Shown piece after piece: positions 29,953 to 41,289 of a DNA stretch of 45,400 nt (position 1 is its first letter; each line of letters starts with the position of its first letter). Origin of the DNA: an uncultured Bacteroidales bacterium. Lineage in GTDB: Bacteria > Bacteroidota > Bacteroidia > Bacteroidales > UBA932. The notes under the pieces were generated by a model. That model ran no database searches. It was given only the letters and a program-made list of their open reading frames with translations, and was not told the origin of the DNA. The DNA lies in the NCBI GenBank assembly GCA_945983015.1, contig CAMFSN010000001.1:1-45400 (forward strand). Reading direction: 5' to 3'. The position numbers were made by a program, and so were the translations under genes.

Positions 29953-31570
29953 AATTCTTTACCCAATCATATCCCTCTTGTTTTTTCCTCTATGCCTCAG
30001 TGCCCAGAATTTCAACGAGAGCGTAGAGGTTACAAATGAACTTCAGGTGGACCTCAGCGGTTCGGAGAGGAAGACCATTGAGATGGAGATTCCGGATTCC
30101 CTGAGCCAGTTCCGCCTGGATTTCGACTATGAGGTATTCTCCAGACCTTACAAGGGCGCATACGAGTTTACCCCTTATAACGTCTTGTTCAGACCATTGG
30201 CCCAGAAGGAGAAGAATCCCTTTTTCTACCTCAGGGCAGGGGCGGGTTTTGCCTTTAATCCGGAACTCCTCGCAGTAGTCAGTCCACGCCTTGGAGATAA
30301 GTTTCGCTTGAACGTATATCAGGATTTTTCGGCTTTTTCAGGGGATTACAGAGGAAAGGCTGATTTCATCTACAGAGGCTATGAGGCTAAGGAGTTGCTC
30401 GGAGTGCAGGGGAATGCCTATCTGAAAAAGTCAGAATTGGATTTCGACCTCTTCTATCGTGGCATTTGGGCAAGTGACTTTAATTGTGCCTACTCCCCAT
30501 TCCATACTTTTGGGGCCAAGCTGGGTCTGAGTTCCACTCCGGCCAGCCAGAGTTCAGTGGAATATAAGCTGGATTTGTCCTTCCGCTCCTCTGTGGAGAA
30601 GGAACAGGCTTCTGATCTGACTGAGAATCTGCTGGATTTCAGTGGGCTAATCAGACCTGTAATCGATTTCCCTGTTCAGGCGGAGGTTCTTTTCAACACC
30701 GGCTTTGATTTCTATGGCATTTCCTCCAATCATTCCTCTTATTACCTTAAGTTGAACCCGCGACTGACTTATCGCCTTAAGCAACTCTATCTAAGGGGAG
30801 GCTTTGTCTTCTCTTTGTACACAGGGGAGATGAGATACCAGCCTATAGCCTTTTACCCTGATGTAAGGCTATCCCTGAGGCTCTTTAAAAACAGTATGGA
30901 TCTCTTTGCGGGAATTGACGGAGGGGATAACTTGAATTCCTTATACTCCCTGAAGCTTGCCAATCCTAATTTCAATAGGCTGTACATTCAGGATGATTGG
31001 TCCCGTATGCTCAAGACCTCAGCCGTGAAGGCCAATTATTTCATAGGCCTTAAGGGAAGCATAGCTTCGCTTTTCCAATACGAACTTAGGGCTGGATATG
31101 CCAAGCACAAGGCAGGTCTGCTCTATGGAATGGATTCCGTGCTGGAGAGTCAGGCTGTCTTAAGATATGCCGACTATAATCTGGCTTATCTGGAGGCCGA
31201 GGCTTCCTTTAAGAGGAAATCCTATGAGATTAATGCGGCTCTCAAATACAGAAAAATGTATTATGATATCCCTACTCCTGACTTTTTCGAGCTGCCCGGA
31301 CTCTCGGCCAATCTGGATTTTACCTATAACTGGATAGAGAGAATCTATGCCGGAGCAAGTCTTAGGCTGCAGAGCGGCAGAGAGTCTCAGATTTACGACA
31401 CTCTTCCCCCATACTTCGATCTGGGACTACATCTAAGTGCGGAGTTGAATTCTTCTCTGAGTCTTTGGCTGAGGGGAAAGAACCTGCTTTTTTCCCGTGT
31501 GGAGGACGTTCCGTTTACAGCGCAGAGATGGCCTGAGATCAGTCTGGGATTGTGTCTGATTTTCCGATAA
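29945..31570 (+). CDS. Outer membrane beta-barrel protein ('TonB-dependent receptor-like', no obvious plug)
   Basis: Signal peptide, many amphipathic strands, and a C-terminus DLGLHLSAELNSSLSLWLRGKNLL...GLCLIF resembling TBDR barrel ends. It overlaps the TPR gene by 8 nt. Confidence 0.75.
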   Translation: MNRILYPIISLLFFPLCLSAQNFNESVEVTNELQVDLSGSERKTIEMEIPDSLSQFRLDFDYEVFSRPYKGAYEFTPYNVLFRPLAQKEKNPFFYLRAGAGFAFNPELLAVVSPRLGDKFRLNVYQDFSAFSGDYRGKADFIYRGYEAKELLGVQGNAYLKKSELDFDLFYRGIWASDFNCAYSPFHTFGAKLGLSSTPASQSSVEYKLDLSFRSSVEKEQASDLTENLLDFSGLIRPVIDFPVQAEVLFNTGFDFYGISSNHSSYYLKLNPRLTYRLKQLYLRGGFVFSLYTGEMRYQPIAFYPDVRLSLRLFKNSMDLFAGIDGGDNLNSLYSLKLANPNFNRLYIQDDWSRMLKTSAVKANYFIGLKGSIASLFQYELRAGYAKHKAGLLYGMDSVLESQAVLRYADYNLAYLEAEASFKRKSYEINAALKYRKMYYDIPTPDFFELPGLSANLDFTYNWIERIYAGASLRLQSGRESQIYDTLPPYFDLGLHLSAELNSSLSLWLRGKNLLFSRVEDVPFTAQRWPEISLGLCLIFR

Positions 31571-31577
31571 TTTTTAT

Positions 31578-31631
31578 TATATTTGTCGGCTTTTAAATGA
31601 AGTCTTTGAAAGAGAAAGAATGTTATATTTG
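31578..31631 (+). promoter_or_regulatory. Two tandem -7 elements upstream of gyrB
   Basis: TATATTTG at 31578-31585 and again at 31624-31631. Confidence 0.6.
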
Positions 31632-31642
31632 AAAACTTGTGA

Positions 31643-33655
<2,013 letters not shown>

Positions 33656-33656
33656 T

Positions 33657-35675
33657 ATGAAATCATCCCTCAAGTTTAAGGTCTTTTTTCCTATACTTGC
33701 TATTTTCGTACTTCTTCTTTTGCTTGTGCCTAGAAGTGCGAAATGGGGATATGAATACACCAAAGGTCAGACTTGGCGTTACGAGACTCTAGTGGCGCAG
33801 TTTGACTTTCCGCTATTGAAGACCAGGGAACAGATTGCGGCGGAGCTTTCAGAGCGTTCCTCCAATGTCATTCCTTTTTACAAGCTGTCCTCTTCGATTT
33901 CAGGAGATTGTCTCAGACAGATGGAGACCCTGAATTTTAAGGGAGATAGTCTCGGTCTGAAGGCTTCCACTATAAGACATCTGGCTGAGATATTCTATAA
34001 GGGAGTGCTCTCTGAGGATGCCGATGCGGCGGATTTGATCTATATCCAGAAGGACAAAAGGGCTGAAAAGCTGCCTTCCTCAGAGGTGTATCATCTTTTC
34101 CAGGCCAGGATGGCGCTTTTGAGCGCAGTGTCCTTGGACTGTGAGGGGAGGCTTAATGTGGACTCGCTTTTCAGACTGAATAACGTTTACGAATTGATAG
34201 TTCCTAATCTGGTGTATGACGAGCAGCTTACTGCTTTGGTTCAGAGTCGTAGCGAGTCCTCGGTGTCCACTACATTGGGTTATGTCAATGCGGGAACTAT
34301 CATCGTTAACTCAGGGGAGTTGATTACCGCCGAACTGGAGCAGATGTTGGATTCCTATAAGGCCGAATACGAGCGCAGTTTCGGCTCTGACAAGCCTATG
34401 GCCTCGGTCTGGCTGGCCAATGCCATCTTGCTGATAGCTATCCTGGTATGTATGTTCTATGCGATTTATTTCTCTAATCCTATGATTTTCAAGGATTACA
34501 ATCGCTATCTCTACATCCTTACCGTATTTGCCCTGATGACCTCGATGGAATTGATTTTCATCAGATTCGCTCCTGACTGGATCTTCCTTTTCCCATTTAC
34601 CGTGGGAGCCTTGTATCTGCAGGCATTCTTCAGAACCAGGGTCATATATCCTTTTTACATAGTATCCCTGCTTCCGCTCGTACTGTATGCCGACAACGGC
34701 CCGGCCCTCTTTATGATTTATCTGGTACCTGGAATTGTAACCCTCTTTGTGTTCAGACATTTTTCCAAGGGTGCCAGGCAGTTTATCGCTGCGCTTATTA
34801 ATTTCGGGGTGACGGCCATCATTTTCTCGGCTTTCGAATTGATGGGGGCGATGAATTATCCTTTCCTGCGTACTTTGGGAATGCTTTTCATAGGTTCCAT
34901 TCTGGAAGTTGCCCTCTTTCCTTTCGTTTACCTGCTGGAGAGGACCTTCAATCTGGTATCCACTACAAGGCTGCAGGAATTGTCTGATACCTCCAACGAA
35001 CTTCTCAGACAACTCGAACAAAAGGCCCCAGGCACTTTCCAGCACTCTCTTCAGGTTATGAATCTGGCTTCTGCCGCTGCCCGTGCCATCAATGCGGACG
35101 AAGCCCTCATCAGGGCTGGTGCCCTGTATCACGATATAGGGAAGAGCCGGAATCCGCAGTGTTTTGTGGAGAACGAATCTCTGGTTTCCGCTGATTCCAA
35201 GTACCATAGCGAACTTAGTCCTCTGCAGAGTGCTCAGGATATTATAAGGCACGTTACGGATGGAATGGAATTGGCCAAGTCTCATAAACTTCCGGAGATG
35301 GTAGCTGATTTTATCGTTACCCACCACGGAACTACTTGTGTATCTTACTTTTACGACAAGTATCTGAAGGAAGGAGGGGATGCCTCTGCCCTTAAGAGTT
35401 TCTGTTACCCGGGTCCTACGCCTAAGACCAGGGAGCAGGTAATCCTTATGCTGGCAGACTCTATAGAGGCAGCTTCCAGGAGTCTGAAGGATTACTCGAA
35501 TGAATCCATATCCGCCTTGGTGGAAAGGATTTTCGCATATAAGATTGAGGACAAGCAGCTGGAGCACGCCGACATTACGGTCAAGGAACTCACCACCCTT
35601 AAATCAGTAATGAAGAGTTATCTGGCCCAGATATATCACGAGAGAGTGAAGTATCCAAAACGAAAAATAAAATAA
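33657..35675 (+). CDS. 7TM-HD (HDIG) phosphohydrolase, PgpH-like putative cyclic-dinucleotide phosphodiesterase
   Basis: N-terminal TM plus extracytoplasmic domain, multi-TM block, then APGTFQHS, YHDIGK, THHGT and LADSIEAASRS. Confidence 0.9.
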   Translation: MKSSLKFKVFFPILAIFVLLLLLVPRSAKWGYEYTKGQTWRYETLVAQFDFPLLKTREQIAAELSERSSNVIPFYKLSSSISGDCLRQMETLNFKGDSLGLKASTIRHLAEIFYKGVLSEDADAADLIYIQKDKRAEKLPSSEVYHLFQARMALLSAVSLDCEGRLNVDSLFRLNNVYELIVPNLVYDEQLTALVQSRSESSVSTTLGYVNAGTIIVNSGELITAELEQMLDSYKAEYERSFGSDKPMASVWLANAILLIAILVCMFYAIYFSNPMIFKDYNRYLYILTVFALMTSMELIFIRFAPDWIFLFPFTVGALYLQAFFRTRVIYPFYIVSLLPLVLYADNGPALFMIYLVPGIVTLFVFRHFSKGARQFIAALINFGVTAIIFSAFELMGAMNYPFLRTLGMLFIGSILEVALFPFVYLLERTFNLVSTTRLQELSDTSNELLRQLEQKAPGTFQHSLQVMNLASAAARAINADEALIRAGALYHDIGKSRNPQCFVENESLVSADSKYHSELSPLQSAQDIIRHVTDGMELAKSHKLPEMVADFIVTHHGTTCVSYFYDKYLKEGGDASALKSFCYPGPTPKTREQVILMLADSIEAASRSLKDYSNESISALVERIFAYKIEDKQLEHADITVKELTTLKSVMKSYLAQIYHERVKYPKRKIK

Positions 35676-35687
35676 TGTATTTATAGT

Positions 35688-36680
35688 ATGAAATTATCTA
35701 AAAATCAAATCGACCAGCTCAATCTCGAGCTTACTATTAACATCGAAGCTGCGGATTACGCAGAGATCGAAAAGAAAAAATTGACTGAGTACAGACGTAA
35801 GGCAGACTTCAAGGGTTTCCGTAAAGGTAATGTCCCTATGAGTCTTATCCAGAAGTTTTATGGTGGGGACGCATTGGCTCAGGCTATCAATGAAGTAATT
35901 GGAGAGGCATTGCAGAAATTCATCGACGATGAGAAACTGCATATCCTCGGAGAACCGCTTTCAAGTGAAAAGCAGGGAGAGCTTGAGTGGAAGAGCGGAA
36001 ATGACTTCACTTTCATTTTCGACCTTGCCCTTACTCCTGATGTTCAGCTTGAGGTCGAGGCAGAGGACGAGATTCCTAACTATACCGTGACGGTATCAGC
36101 AAAGGAGAAGGCCGAGATGGCTGAAAATCTTAAGAAATACTATGAGAACCAGAAGGAGGAGCATAGCGAGGAGGAGATAGAGAAGGAGGTTGCCGAGCGC
36201 CTTAAGGAGAACTACAAGGCTGAGGCTGACTGGAGACTTTCTCAGGATATCCGCGACTTCTACGTGCAGAAGTCAGGAGTGGAGCTTCCGGAGGCTTTCC
36301 TTAAGAGATGGCTGCTTCACGCCAATGAGGGAAAAGTTACTGCCGAGCAGGTGGAAAGCGAATTCCCTGCATTCCTGAAGGACTTCAAGTGGCAGCTGGT
36401 AAGAGGCTCTCTTATGAAGAAGTTTGAATTGCAGATTACCGCAGACGATATTCAGGAGGCAGCAAAGTCTTATGTCAACTATCAGTATGCAATGTATGGC
36501 CTTTCAAACGTGCCTGAGGATATGCTCAGCGAGGCTGTGAACAATATGCTTCACGATCAGAAGCAGATCGACAGACTTGCAGAGAGCGTTGAAGACAAGA
36601 AAGTTCTCGATAAGATAAAGAGTATCGCCACACTTAAGGCTAAAAAGATATCTTCTGAGAAATTCAAAGAACTCAAATAG
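35688..36680 (+). CDS. tig: Trigger factor, short form (apparently without the PPIase domain)
   Basis: Ribosome-binding GFRKGNVP motif and a Bacteroidota-type C-terminal domain (LPEAFLKRWL, KWQLV, QYAMYG). Confidence 0.92.
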   Translation: MKLSKNQIDQLNLELTINIEAADYAEIEKKKLTEYRRKADFKGFRKGNVPMSLIQKFYGGDALAQAINEVIGEALQKFIDDEKLHILGEPLSSEKQGELEWKSGNDFTFIFDLALTPDVQLEVEAEDEIPNYTVTVSAKEKAEMAENLKKYYENQKEEHSEEEIEKEVAERLKENYKAEADWRLSQDIRDFYVQKSGVELPEAFLKRWLLHANEGKVTAEQVESEFPAFLKDFKWQLVRGSLMKKFELQITADDIQEAAKSYVNYQYAMYGLSNVPEDMLSEAVNNMLHDQKQIDRLAESVEDKKVLDKIKSIATLKAKKISSEKFKELK

Positions 36681-37636
36681 TGAAAAATGTTTTAGTCATA
36701 GGTTCCACCGGTCAGATAGGTTCGGAACTTACTATGCTTCTGCGACGCACTTTTCCTAATGGAAAGGTGGTCGCAGGTTATATATCCGGTTGTGAGCCAA
36801 AGGGAAAGCTCCTTAGCAGCGGCCCGAGTGAAATAGTGGACGTGTGTGACTCCGCGAGGATAGCCGAGATAGTGGACAAATACGACATTGATACTATCTA
36901 TAATCTGGCAGCCCTGCTGTCAGCCACCGCCGAAAGACTGCCCTTGAAGGCTTGGGACATTCAGATGAATGGGCTTATCAATGTGCTGGAAGTGGCCAGG
37001 ATGAAGCGTTGCGCAGTGTTCACCCCTAGTTCCATAGGCTCCTTCGGACCTTCTACTCCTAGGGTGAATACCCCGCAGGATACTATCCAGAGGCCTACTT
37101 CAATGTATGGAGTCACCAAGGTGGCTACTGAACTGCTGAGCGATTACTATTTCCATAAATATGGGGTCGATACCCGCTCTGTCCGCTTCCCTGGACTTAT
37201 CAGTTATACCACTCTTCCGGGTGGAGGCACCACTGATTATGCGGTGGAGATTTATTATGCCGCCGTCAAGGGGGAGGAGTTTGTATGTCCAATTGCTCCA
37301 GGCACTTATATGGATATGATGTATATGCCTGATGCGCTCAGGGCAGCCATAGACATTATGCAGGCAGATCCCCGTTACCTGAAACACAGGAATGCCTTTA
37401 ACATAGCCTCGATGAGTTTCGATCCTGAAATCATCGCCGCATCCATCAGAAAATTCATTCCGGATTTCAGAATGCGTTATGAGGTGGATCCGGTCAGGCA
37501 GCATATAGCCGATTCCTGGCCTGACAGTATGGACGACAGCTGTGCCCGCAAGGAATGGGGGTGGGCTCCGAATTACGACCTGGATTCAATGACCCAGGAT
37601 ATGATCAAGAACTTGAAAATCAAACTTGGCAAATAA
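36680..37636 (+). CDS. tdh: L-threonine 3-dehydrogenase, SDR/epimerase type
   Basis: GSTGQIG, LAALLSATAE, PSSIG, YGVTK, PGGGTTDYAV and IADSWP; adjacent to kbl. Confidence 0.88.
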   Translation: MKNVLVIGSTGQIGSELTMLLRRTFPNGKVVAGYISGCEPKGKLLSSGPSEIVDVCDSARIAEIVDKYDIDTIYNLAALLSATAERLPLKAWDIQMNGLINVLEVARMKRCAVFTPSSIGSFGPSTPRVNTPQDTIQRPTSMYGVTKVATELLSDYYFHKYGVDTRSVRFPGLISYTTLPGGGTTDYAVEIYYAAVKGEEFVCPIAPGTYMDMMYMPDALRAAIDIMQADPRYLKHRNAFNIASMSFDPEIIAASIRKFIPDFRMRYEVDPVRQHIADSWPDSMDDSCARKEWGWAPNYDLDSMTQDMIKNLKIKLGK

Positions 37637-37638
37637 TT

Positions 37639-38829
37639 ATGTACGGCAAATTTCAGAGTTACCTGTCTGAAGAACTGGATAAGATAGCCCAGGCAGGCCT
37701 TTATAAGAAGGAAAGATGTATCTGCAGTGAGCAGGGCGCTGAAATCACCCTCGCAGATGGCAGCAAGGCGCTTAATTTCTGCGCTAACAATTATTTGGGC
37801 CTGGCCAACTCCCCGAGACTTCTCGAGGCAGCCAAGCGCACTATGGACAGCCGCGGTTACGGAATGAGTTCAGTGCGTTTTATCTGTGGCACCCAGGATG
37901 TGCACCTGGAACTCGAAAAGGCCGTATCTGAGTATTTCCATACCGAGGACACTATTCTTTACGCCGCTTGTTTCGATGCCAATGGCGGAGTTTTCGAGCC
38001 TCTTTTCACTGCCGAAGACGCCATCATCTCTGATTCTTTGAACCACGCCTCCATCATAGACGGAGTGCGGCTTTGCAAGGCTGTCAGATATCGTTATGCC
38101 AATGCCGATATGGAAGATCTCGAGCGTTGTCTTCAACAGGCTCAGGCCCAGCGTTTCCGCATTATAGTCACTGACGGGGTCTTCTCTATGGATGGTAATG
38201 TGGCTCCTCTGGATAAGATATGCGATTTGGCAGAGAAATACGATGCCCTGGTTATGGTGGATGAGAGTCATAGCGCAGGAGTGGTTGGCGCCACGGGACA
38301 CGGAGTTGCGGAGCTCTTTGACTGCTACGGCAGGGTGGACATCCATACCGGCACTCTGGGCAAGGCTTTCGGTGGGGCAGTAGGCGGTTTTACTACCGGC
38401 CGCAAGGAGATAATCGATATGCTCAGGCAGCGTTCCCGTCCATATCTTTTCTCCAATTCCCTGCCTCCTATGATAGCTGGCGCCGCCGTGGAGCTCTTCA
38501 AGATGCTTTCGGAAGACAATTCTCTGCACGATGCCCTGGTTCAGAACGTGGAGTATTTCAGGACTAAGATGCTGGATGCAGGATTCGATATCAAACCTAC
38601 TCAGAGCGCCATCTGTGCAGTTATGCTTTACGATGCTCCATTAAGCCAGAGATTTGCCGCCGCGATGGCAGAGGAAGGCATATTTGTAACTGGTTTTTAC
38701 TATCCTGTGGTACCTGCAGGCCAGGCTCGAATCAGAGTCCAGTTAAGCGCAGCGCATAGCAGGGAGCAATTGGACAAGGCCATAGCCGCCTTTGTCAAGG
38801 TTGGAAAGAATTTGGGAGTTCTTAAATAA
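37639..38829 (+). CDS. kbl: Glycine C-acetyltransferase (2-amino-3-ketobutyrate CoA ligase); start moved to ATG 37639
   Basis: NFCANNYLGL, SVRFICGTQ, NHASIIDG, TGTLGKA (PLP lysine) and RQRSRPYLFSN. Confidence 0.96.
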   Translation: MYGKFQSYLSEELDKIAQAGLYKKERCICSEQGAEITLADGSKALNFCANNYLGLANSPRLLEAAKRTMDSRGYGMSSVRFICGTQDVHLELEKAVSEYFHTEDTILYAACFDANGGVFEPLFTAEDAIISDSLNHASIIDGVRLCKAVRYRYANADMEDLERCLQQAQAQRFRIIVTDGVFSMDGNVAPLDKICDLAEKYDALVMVDESHSAGVVGATGHGVAELFDCYGRVDIHTGTLGKAFGGAVGGFTTGRKEIIDMLRQRSRPYLFSNSLPPMIAGAAVELFKMLSEDNSLHDALVQNVEYFRTKMLDAGFDIKPTQSAICAVMLYDAPLSQRFAAAMAEEGIFVTGFYYPVVPAGQARIRVQLSAAHSREQLDKAIAAFVKVGKNLGVLK

Positions 38830-38834
38830 GTATT

Positions 38835-39731
38835 ATGAGAAGAATTGTTTCGGTTTTGTTATTGATTTGTGTTTCAGTCCTTTCTTTTTCGCAGGACTTC
38901 TCTTACGATTATAAACAGGGGAAGAAAAAGTATAGAAGCACTGTGGAGCGAAGCGATTCTCTCTTTAAGGTCAATTATTTCCAGCAAAAAGGCAAGAAGT
39001 GGAAAAATACGGGAGAAGAGGTCTTGATACCTCTTAGTGCAAGTGGAGAAGTCTCTTTTCCCGATTCTCTGGCCCTTCATACACTGAATAACGGTAAGAA
39101 CTATATCTTCTATTCCTATTTGGACACTTGTCCTTCAGAGCAAAGCTATTCGATTGGTCTATATGATTTAGAAGATTACTCTTATCATATGCTTTCCTTC
39201 TCCGGAAAGGCTCTTAAGCCGAAGGATGGGGAAGCGTTCAGGATAGAAGGTCTGTCTTCCACTGCTTTTGCAGAGCCTTGTCCGGAAGTGGAGTATCTGG
39301 ATTCCCTTTTGAGATCTGACAGTAGACTCCTCGAGATATCTCAGGAGGATATGAAGACGGACAGTTACATTTCCTGGTGGCTGGAAAGCAATCCCGATGC
39401 TCTCAAAAAAGCCAGGACCATAGAGTTCGGAGGAGTAAGTGACGACTGTTCCATCTACACAGCTTTCAAGAAGGCTAAAAAGAGTGAAAAGGGTAAACTT
39501 CAGGCGGCGGTATGCGATGTCAGAGGCTATACCGTGGTCGTAGTAAGAAACACCAAGGCCAAGTCCAACCTTCTGGTCTGGGCTGAGCCTCAGTGCAAAA
39601 ACAAAAAGACAGACCGTTTCCTGTCGTCTGTCTATTTTGAGAATGCCAATTCCCTGGTGCTTTTCTTCTATAAGGGCAAGAGTACTTTCAAGTATCGTAT
39701 CAACCTGGCTAACAGAACTATTAGCCGTTAA
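38835..39731 (+). CDS. Hypothetical secreted protein
   Basis: 298-aa ORF with an SPI signal peptide (MRRIVSVLLLICVSVLSFSQ) and operon-like spacing; no family recognised. Confidence 0.75.
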   Translation: MRRIVSVLLLICVSVLSFSQDFSYDYKQGKKKYRSTVERSDSLFKVNYFQQKGKKWKNTGEEVLIPLSASGEVSFPDSLALHTLNNGKNYIFYSYLDTCPSEQSYSIGLYDLEDYSYHMLSFSGKALKPKDGEAFRIEGLSSTAFAEPCPEVEYLDSLLRSDSRLLEISQEDMKTDSYISWWLESNPDALKKARTIEFGGVSDDCSIYTAFKKAKKSEKGKLQAAVCDVRGYTVVVVRNTKAKSNLLVWAEPQCKNKKTDRFLSSVYFENANSLVLFFYKGKSTFKYRINLANRTISR

Positions 39732-40399
39732 TCTATACTTAATAAGCCTAAGGTGATACTTCCGCTGATCGTGACCTGAGGCCGGTTCAGGCTGCTTAGG
39801 TTAATATGCTCGTTCTTTGTGCTGGCGAGCACCAAATGGGCTTTCTGGTTCACTATGACCTGGGAAGGCAGCAGTATCTCTATGGAGCCCAGAGTGCAGT
39901 CGCAGTCTATGTTAATGTCCTTGTCGATATGGGCGTTCCTCAGATCCAGGGTCAGAATACCAAATACCACTCTGCATTTGATATCGTCTATGATTTCGGA
40001 ATTGAAATGATAGTAGCGTCGGCTTAGGGAGATGTCTATCTGTCTTCTTCCATTGGCCGCCTCAGCACCGTTAGGAATGTGGAGTTTCTGACTGTGGCTC
40101 AGGAGAATGGAAGCACCGCCCAGAATCATAAGAATGGCCAGGGAGAAACGGAACAGGTCTCCCCAGGAGAGGCCGAATTGGGCCAGGATAAAGAGAATCA
40201 GACCTATTCCCAGACCTATGAATCCGGCTTGGCGGTTAGTCTTGCTGACTATAGCCCAGATGCTGGGTATAATGATAAGAAGTGTCCACCAACCTCTGAA
40301 TAGCAGTCTGAATGCAAAAGTGCTTATACTGCTGATTATCCAGAAGGCGCCTATGAAGAGTAGAATGAAGCCTATTACTTTCTTACTGCTTTCACTCAT
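39728..40399 (-). CDS. LiaF-like membrane protein (4 TM plus DUF2154-like C-terminal domain)
   Basis: GWWTLLIIIP-type TM block and C-terminal VVFGILTLDLR and LGSIEILLP motifs. Confidence 0.8.
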   Translation of the reverse strand: MSESSKKVIGFILLFIGAFWIISSISTFAFRLLFRGWWTLLIIIPSIWAIVSKTNRQAGFIGLGIGLILFILAQFGLSWGDLFRFSLAILMILGGASILLSHSQKLHIPNGAEAANGRRQIDISLSRRYYHFNSEIIDDIKCRVVFGILTLDLRNAHIDKDINIDCDCTLGSIEILLPSQVIVNQKAHLVLASTKNEHINLSSLNRPQVTISGSITLGLLSID

Positions 40400-41073
40400 T
40401 GCATTTCGTATATTGACAGGTATAAGTCAGAATTTACAGTATCTACGTCGATGGAAGTATATCCATTGCCGTATCCGTAACAGGAATCTCCTTCACTGTA
40501 GAGATTGAACTCACTGTAAAGCTTTCCGTTTAAGGAGTCAAAATCAAGATTGAAGCCTGCGTCCAAAGGGAGGTAAAGGTCCACCTCTCCATTTACTGTA
40601 TCCACGTCAATCTGCTTTGTGTACCTGTATATGGTACTGTAAATAATGTTTCCGTTCACTGATTCAAAATCCAGATAATCCGCATCCATATCTACGTCTA
40701 TGTCGGCATTGACGGTCTCAATATCCAGAGATTTGTAGTTTCGCTCTTTCGGCAGGTTGAGAGTGAGCTTTTTGTATTGATCACCGGAATGGGAACTTCT
40801 GTTATACCTGATCGAGAGTTCTCCGTTAGTTTTCAGAAGATGACACATCGGCTCTTCTATAGGACGGGAATATAAATCCTCCTCATAGAAAGATATGTAG
40901 TCCTCGTCCCAATAGCGGATAAGAACGCTGCCATAATTCCAGTCAATGTCTATCTCCTCTACGTATTCATATATGTCTGCACCTCCGTCAACAAAGAGTA
41001 TATACGGATCCTCATAAATGCAGGAATTAAGCGCTAATACGCTGATTAATAATAGAATAATTGTTTTTCTCAT
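40396..41073 (-). CDS. DUF4097-like (toast-rack beta-helix) lipoprotein
   Basis: Lipobox LNSC and repeats DIETVNADI / DFESVNGNI / DVDTVNGEV / DFDSLNGKL / DVDTVNSDL. Confidence 0.78.
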   Translation of the reverse strand: MRKTIILLLISVLALNSCIYEDPYILFVDGGADIYEYVEEIDIDWNYGSVLIRYWDEDYISFYEEDLYSRPIEEPMCHLLKTNGELSIRYNRSSHSGDQYKKLTLNLPKERNYKSLDIETVNADIDVDMDADYLDFESVNGNIIYSTIYRYTKQIDVDTVNGEVDLYLPLDAGFNLDFDSLNGKLYSEFNLYSEGDSCYGYGNGYTSIDVDTVNSDLYLSIYEMQ

Positions 41074-41096
41074 ACGGGTGTTCTTAAATAAACATC

Positions 41097-41128
41097 CAAA
41101 TGTATGGAAAAAATCTTGATATTACAAA
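41097..41128 (-). promoter_or_regulatory. Full-consensus Bacteroidota promoter for the DUF4097-LiaF pair
   Basis: TTTG (41128-41125), a 20-nt spacer, then TACATTTG (41104-41097). Confidence 0.75.
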
Positions 41129-41289
41129 GCAATGTCGTGTTTTTGGGCTGTTTCTTCTATCACTTCCTCATAGCCCGTGAGGGCGGCAAAGGCAGAAAAC
41201 TGGGCTGCACGGGAGTCCATTGGCATTTTTGGATGCCTTTTTGATTCCGGTCGGGGGAGATACAGTATTTCTTCCAATTTCTTGTTCAC
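41122..41289 (-). CDS. 55-aa YolD/YqjX-like accessory protein of the Y-family polymerase (missed by the ORF track)
   Basis: GTG start overlaps the polymerase TGA (GTGA). It translates as MNKKLEEILYLPRPESKRHPKMPMDSRAAQFSAFAALTGYEEVIEETAQKHDIAL*, with the RAAQF.xFAALTGY motif typical of genes downstream of these polymerases. Confidence 0.85.
   Translation of the reverse strand: MNKKLEEILYLPRPESKRHPKMPMDSRAAQFSAFAALTGYEEVIEETAQKHDIAL

Noticed and set aside
34311-35567. 418-aa antisense ORF opposite the 7TM-HD gene
   Set aside because: Shadow ORF with no motifs; the same applies to the many other short overlapping ORFs in the track.
37555-37638. N-terminal extension of the kbl ORF (likewise extended starts for rsfS, the sensor and DPP-IV)
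   Set aside because: The extensions overlap the upstream gene or promoter, or use weak start codons; downstream ATGs fit better.
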